DNA of 64,000 nt, from the NCBI GenBank assembly GCA_965225855.1, contig CBDDCK010000005.1, positions 1,952,001 to 2,016,000 of the forward strand, in the 5' to 3' direction. Shown piece by piece: positions 59,309 to 64,000 of the stretch (positions within the stretch are counted from its first letter, which is position 1; each line of letters starts with the position of its first letter). This DNA comes from Spirochaetia bacterium (GTDB lineage: Bacteria > Spirochaetota > Spirochaetia > SP-2023). The position numbers and the translations under genes were made by a program. Below the pieces are notes generated by a model. It worked only from the letters and a program-made list of their open reading frames with translations, was not told where the DNA came from and made no database searches.

Positions 59309-60317
59309 AACCACGCCCCTGCATACTAGTCGAAAATTTAACAGCATCTGTATTGTATTGCTGGTTATGGGTTTGGCAGTGTCTTTGTTTTCCATTGCTA
59401 TGGGCGCAACTCCCATTGCCCTAGATGTGTTGATCAATACGATTTTTGGCTTAGAAGGTGAAACCAAAGATTTTATTATTTATAAATATCGTATGCCGAG
59501 GGTGGCATTAATTTGGCTGGTAGGTTTGGCATTAGGGGTTGCTGGAGTGGTTATTCAGCATACCTTAAACAATGCACTCGCCAGCCCAAAAATTATTGGC
59601 ATTAACAGTGGAGCGGCTTTTTTCACGTTGTTAGTAGCTTTTGCATTCCCTCAAATTCCCGTTAGCTATATTCCGCTAATAGCGAGTATTGGCGGTATTA
59701 GCGCGGGAACTTTGACCTATACTATGTCATGGTCTGGGGGAATTCACGTAATGCGGTTTGCCATGATTGGTATTGCTATTGGCTACACCTTTGATTCTGC
59801 CGTTGATTTTATTTTATTCCACGGAGTGCATATCCTAAGCCCATCGCTAGTATGGCTAGCGGGGTCGTTTTGGGGGCGTACCTGGGCACACGTGAAAGCT
59901 ATGGTACCGGTAATTGTCCTATTCGTTCCGTTAATTTACGCTCTATCGTACCGATTAGAAGTGATTCGATTGGGCGACAGTATAGCTACCGGGGTGGGGA
60001 TTTCGGTAGAGAAAATACGATTTATTTTATTGCTGTCTGCAACTATTTTAGTTAGTACCGCAGTTGGGGTTGCCGGTGTATTGGGTTTTGTGGCTCTGAT
60101 TACGCCCCATATGGCAGCAGCAATGGTCGGTGGTATCTCAAGACGCACGGGAATTGTTGCGGGGTTACTTTCTATCAATCTAATCTTATTGGCCGATTTG
60201 ACGGGGCGGATTATTGCCCCGCCCATCGAAGTAGCGGCCGGGGTCATCATTGCCTTGTTTGGTTCGCCATATTTCATTTATTTATTGTCCAGGTATAAAG
60301 GTAATAAATATGCTTAA
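59298..60317 (+). CDS. fecD: Iron ABC permease (FecCD family)
   Basis: YRMPRV, NALASPKIIGINSGA, WLAGS, GSPYFIYLL. Confidence 0.85.
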   Translation: MENRTTPLHTSRKFNSICIVLLVMGLAVSLFSIAMGATPIALDVLINTIFGLEGETKDFIIYKYRMPRVALIWLVGLALGVAGVVIQHTLNNALASPKIIGINSGAAFFTLLVAFAFPQIPVSYIPLIASIGGISAGTLTYTMSWSGGIHVMRFAMIGIAIGYTFDSAVDFILFHGVHILSPSLVWLAGSFWGRTWAHVKAMVPVIVLFVPLIYALSYRLEVIRLGDSIATGVGISVEKIRFILLLSATILVSTAVGVAGVLGFVALITPHMAAAMVGGISRRTGIVAGLLSINLILLADLTGRIIAPPIEVAAGVIIALFGSPYFIYLLSRYKGNKYA

Positions 60318-61074
60318 TATTCAAAATTTATGTGCCGGGTATGAAAAAACTATCATCATTGAAGATATTCATATCACGATAGAACCAAATACATTTACCG
60401 CTATTGTGGGGGCAAACGGCTGTGGTAAATCTACATTGTTTAAGGCATTGTCCAGTGGGGCAAAAATGTTTCATGGGGCGGTAACGATTGATGGTATTGA
60501 TAAGTCTAGTCTTAGAATGAATGATATAGCCAAACGTATGTCTATTTTGCCGCAGCACCCTATATCGCCCGAAGGCATTACGGTTGAAACATTGGTTAGT
60601 TATGGCCGTACGCCCTACCAGAACTTGTTGGGTATGAAAACCAAAAATGATCACCATATTATCGAGCAAGCACTAGAGGCAACGGATTTATTAAGTATGC
60701 GTCATAATTTGGTGGCCAACTTATCGGGTGGGCAACGCCAGCGGGCCTGGATTGCCATGATTTTAGCACAGGACACAGACCTAATTCTGTTAGACGAACC
60801 CACTAACCACTTGGATTTGCGCTATCAACATGATATTTTGAAACTGTTAAAAGCCCTGAATAAAAAAAATAAGACGATCGTAATCATTATGCATGATTTG
60901 AACCAAGCAGCTCAATATGCAGATATAATCTATATGATGCACGATGGGCGCATTTACCAGTCTGGCAGCCCCAACGAAACAATGAATAGCGCGGCTATCG
61001 AATATGTTTTTGGCGTGAAAAATAAAGTAATCGAAAATCCAGAAACTCACAAACGGCTATGTGTGGTTTTGTAA
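60310..61074 (+). CDS. fecE: Iron ABC transporter ATP-binding protein
   Basis: GANGCGKST, LSGGQRQRAWIAM, LLDEPTNHLD, HDLNQA; ATG at 60310 overlaps the permease stop. Confidence 0.88.
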   Translation: MLNIQNLCAGYEKTIIIEDIHITIEPNTFTAIVGANGCGKSTLFKALSSGAKMFHGAVTIDGIDKSSLRMNDIAKRMSILPQHPISPEGITVETLVSYGRTPYQNLLGMKTKNDHHIIEQALEATDLLSMRHNLVANLSGGQRQRAWIAMILAQDTDLILLDEPTNHLDLRYQHDILKLLKALNKKNKTIVIIMHDLNQAAQYADIIYMMHDGRIYQSGSPNETMNSAAIEYVFGVKNKVIENPETHKRLCVVL

Positions 61075-61324
61075 CATTTAGCTACAGCCTAGATGTTTTG
61101 TGCCGTTATAACCAAGAAAAAAGCTCCTAAACAACTCTTTCTTCTCTTCTTTGGCTTTAGCCTTTTCTTGCTCGGTGGCTAGTTTATTGCCTTCTTCATC
61201 ATAACTTTGTCCACTGGGCTTGTTCGTTATTCTCACTGTAACAAAAAACCTACAAACTTTTTTTAGTAATAGCTTTGAACAAAACCCTTACAATAATTAT
61301 TGCCAGAACGTTGCCATAAAAATT

Positions 61325-61457
61325 AAGAGAGTTTCTTAATGCCCAACAAGAGAGTTTCTTAATGCCTAATAAGAGAATTTCTTAATACCCAACAAGAATT
61401 TTTTGTAACAAGATAAACTTTGGCCAAGCCTTGGTAAGTTTTTTATCAATTATAGCC
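61325..61457. repeat. Solo copy of the 23-bp AAGAGAGTTTCTTAATGCCCAAC array with lipoprotein 3'-flank motifs
   Basis: Units at 61325, 61348, 61371 and (partial) 61394; followed by AAACTTTGGCCAAGCCTTG as at ~24271 and CCTTGGTAAGTTTTTTA as at 56865. Confidence 0.85.
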
Positions 61458-61746
61458 ATTCTGGAAAGTAGAAAAAATCGAGTTATCACGTTCTGCATCA
61501 TTGTTTTTTACTCTATCTGCTTTGTATTGTTTTGGCTTTCTCTTTTTTGTTAGGGAAGCATATTAACTTTCAATAATTTATTACGCAATTCTATAAAATG
61601 CAGAAAATGGAACATAATAAATTTTGGCAATGATGGGAATGTTATTAAAGATTCTCAAGATAGTTTTTACGGTGTAGCAATCGCCCAATGTCGCTATAAT
61701 AAGCTTTCTATCAAAACAATAAACATTTTAAATCTTTCAGGTATTT

Positions 61747-63666
61747 ATGGCAAAACAAATAAATCAAAAGCAGCACGAAAGCCTCAGTGAAGCTTTTGAA
61801 AAGATGGATAGAGAAATTGCGGAAGGGGTCCTGCACGATAATCTGCACGCCGATGCAAAACAAGATGCTCAAGCAAAAAAGAACAAGCCTCTTAGCTTTA
61901 ACACAACCGCAGATAAGCAGGGGCATTTGCACCATTTTTTACAACAGCTAGCCAAAATCTGCCATTTGCGCGGCGATATGATCCCCAGAGCGCAAGAAGC
62001 TTTAATCCGTAAGTTTCTTTTAAATTATCGCTACCGCCACCATTTACAACAAATGAGTAATGCTCATGCATTGCGTTCCGAGGAAGCCAAAAATAATGGC
62101 GATCCCAAATTATTCTTGCAAGAGAGGCTAGAGGCTTGGCGCAAAATGCCACGCGATTTATCGTTATTGCTAGATGTTGCCGAAGCGTATGCCGAGCCAC
62201 AAAGCTTTTTAGAACAAAAAAATACACGGAGTAGACTTGCAAAAGAAGATAGAGCGAAACCTGAAATAAAATCAGAAGCTCAAGGAATGAAAACTAGGCT
62301 AGGGTTTAGTGAATCAGAGCGTGCTTTGAGTGCTAAAGCTTTGATGCTTAAAGAAAAGCATGCTGCTAAGCAGGAAAACAAACAAACGCAGGAACAGCGC
62401 AAACAACAAGAAAGGATTGCCAGTGAGCTACTGCAATTAAACCCTTGGCAATACCGCCGCCAAGCGATTAAATATTTAAAAAAAGCCACAGAGCTATATA
62501 TTGGCTTAGAATTAGAACAAGAAAGCAATGAAGAGAAAGCAAGTGCAAACAAACTAAGTGCAAACAAACTAAGCGAAGAATTAAAGCGTTTGGAACAGTT
62601 ACAGCAAAATTATCCCAATATTAATTGGGAACGTTATGCTAAGCAAATTAAAATTTTAAAAGGGCAAGCTCGGTCGCGTTGGCCTTGGGTGCTGCTAGCG
62701 TTATTGTTGTTGGCTTTGTTTTCTATTGCCATGATTTACCTTCCGTGGCGCAGTTGGTTGTTCTTTCGATCTGAAGAAGTAGCTCTGCAGGAGGTTGTGC
62801 CTCAATTGAGTGAACAGCGTTTGTTGGAAACTCCGGTACCGGTAGAATGGAAGGTTCCCGCAAAGAGCGATTTGGATTTTGATAAAGTGATCCAAAAATC
62901 ACAGCGATTAAAATTGAGCCAGCATTATGCCTATGAAGTTCAGGGCCACATACGAGTCAAGCCTAAAAAGCACCCCTCTATAAATGGTGGCAATACAGCG
63001 CATTCGCAATTTTTGATTCCGACAGAGCCTTTTGACTTGTTGCTGACTTATGAACATCAGGGCCAAGAATTCAAAAAACGCATAGAATTTTCTTATGACA
63101 ATGAAACTGACCCTATCGAAATCGACAGGGCCCCTGTGATGGAAGGGGATACTGTGTTGTTCCGCGAGGTTTTTCGTTTACCGGGCGGGGCGGTGAATGA
63201 CGACCGTTTGCGTGCCCAGATAGACAAGGTAGGCAAAGCTCCAAAATACGAGGCCAAAAGTTTAGCAGAAGGTGGCTTTGCCCAGCCATTGAGCAGCTTC
63301 AATATTCAAGGTGAGCCCCAACCCAATATAAAAATGGCTTTCCGCAACCAAGTTGTTCGCAGCGATGGCGAGAGTATAAGACAAGTAGGCTATGATCTTG
63401 AGTTGCAAAACAATAGTAAGTTGCCTTTAGACCAATACCAATTGCGTTTGAATTGGCGGCAAGAAAATAGCATCTATACCAAAGAAAATTCCCCTATATT
63501 ACAGCAAAATAACTATACCATTATTTCTGCTAGCGGTACAAACTTGCCGGGCCGAAGCAGGACAACCCAGCGATTGTGGTTAGAAGTTCCAGAAGGTTTA
63601 AATTACCCGATAGAACAATTAACGCCTCAAGTGCGTATTATCGAAAATCGCTTTGCCACAGAATAG
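61747..63666 (+). CDS. Hypothetical membrane-anchored protein (coiled-coil N-terminus, one TM helix, beta-rich C-terminus)
   Basis: 639-aa ORF; TM segment WPWVLLALLLLALFSIAMIYLPW. Confidence 0.7.
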   Translation: MAKQINQKQHESLSEAFEKMDREIAEGVLHDNLHADAKQDAQAKKNKPLSFNTTADKQGHLHHFLQQLAKICHLRGDMIPRAQEALIRKFLLNYRYRHHLQQMSNAHALRSEEAKNNGDPKLFLQERLEAWRKMPRDLSLLLDVAEAYAEPQSFLEQKNTRSRLAKEDRAKPEIKSEAQGMKTRLGFSESERALSAKALMLKEKHAAKQENKQTQEQRKQQERIASELLQLNPWQYRRQAIKYLKKATELYIGLELEQESNEEKASANKLSANKLSEELKRLEQLQQNYPNINWERYAKQIKILKGQARSRWPWVLLALLLLALFSIAMIYLPWRSWLFFRSEEVALQEVVPQLSEQRLLETPVPVEWKVPAKSDLDFDKVIQKSQRLKLSQHYAYEVQGHIRVKPKKHPSINGGNTAHSQFLIPTEPFDLLLTYEHQGQEFKKRIEFSYDNETDPIEIDRAPVMEGDTVLFREVFRLPGGAVNDDRLRAQIDKVGKAPKYEAKSLAEGGFAQPLSSFNIQGEPQPNIKMAFRNQVVRSDGESIRQVGYDLELQNNSKLPLDQYQLRLNWRQENSIYTKENSPILQQNNYTIISASGTNLPGRSRTTQRLWLEVPEGLNYPIEQLTPQVRIIENRFATE

Positions 63667-63839
63667 CGAAATAAGTTCAGTTGCCTTTTTCTAACATTGA
63701 CGCAGTAGTCGAAAGACAATCTTTGCCTTGCTCCTCTGCAGCAACGGCTTACTTTGATTTGAAGAGGCTATAAAGATTTTAATGTTCCATCTGCAAGCTG
63801 GAACAATACACCACATTCTGTGGGTAATATAAAGTTCGA

Positions 63840-64000
63840 TTACATCAGTTTAATCAAGCTCAAGATACCGATAACTAGGCCAATGCCTGTTGCTATAAAC
63901 CATTGCAACATTAAAAATCTTTTATCCATGTTCTGTTGAATAGCTTTAAAACGCTTGCCGACTTGTTCAAAACGTTTATCTATTTGTGTTGCTATCAACT
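63840..64000 (-). CDS. 3' end of a Bdr/DUF1640-like coiled-coil protein with C-terminal TM anchor (partial)
   Basis: LIATQIDKRFEQVGKRFKAIQQNMDKRFLMLQWFIATGIGLVIGILSLIKLM*; runs off the window edge. Confidence 0.65.
   Translation of the reverse strand, partial: LIATQIDKRFEQVGKRFKAIQQNMDKRFLMLQWFIATGIGLVIGILSLIKLM

Noticed and set aside
61080..61245. Minus-strand peptide ...YDEEGNKLATEQEKAKAKEEK...
   Set aside because: Possibly a gene remnant, but low complexity with no confident family
1..64000. tRNA, rRNA, integrase or transposase genes
   Set aside because: None recognised by eye; a tRNAscan-SE/Rfam run would be needed to exclude small RNAs

Overview
AT-rich bacterial chromosome segment, probably from a spirochaete (inferred from alpha2-type GlyRS, MGH1-like glycosidase, UPF0158, HU/DUF4469 protein and a Bdr-like DKRFEQ protein). 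Housekeeping genes (glyQS, recG, htpG, trpS, trkAH, ispD, trmL) alternate with accessory blocks: a sugar ABC/split-transketolase/FGGY-kinase catabolic cluster, a defence region at 33.6-43.7 kb plus 48.1-50.0 kb (DUF262+HEPN pair, three complete-looking type II RM pairs, an MTase with a truncated nuclease partner and a type IIG-like enzyme), tryptophanase with an NSS transporter, and a fec-like iron uptake operon. Two features stand out. (1) Three dispersed, mosaic, modular surface lipoprotein genes share a ~190-bp 5' region with a length-variable poly-C tract inside a putative promoter; each is flanked by 23-bp-period repeat arrays and by truncated or internally deleted gene relics (phage Mu gpF, hsdS, SIMPL/YggE, isocitrate/isopropylmalate dehydrogenase). 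(2) Two different defence cassettes are stacked in tandem between a DUF4469 gene and an O-methyltransferase gene, joined by an in-frame chimera of those two genes formed at a 14-bp microhomology; a similar duplication scar lies at tnaA. All family assignments come from recalled motifs; no database search was run.
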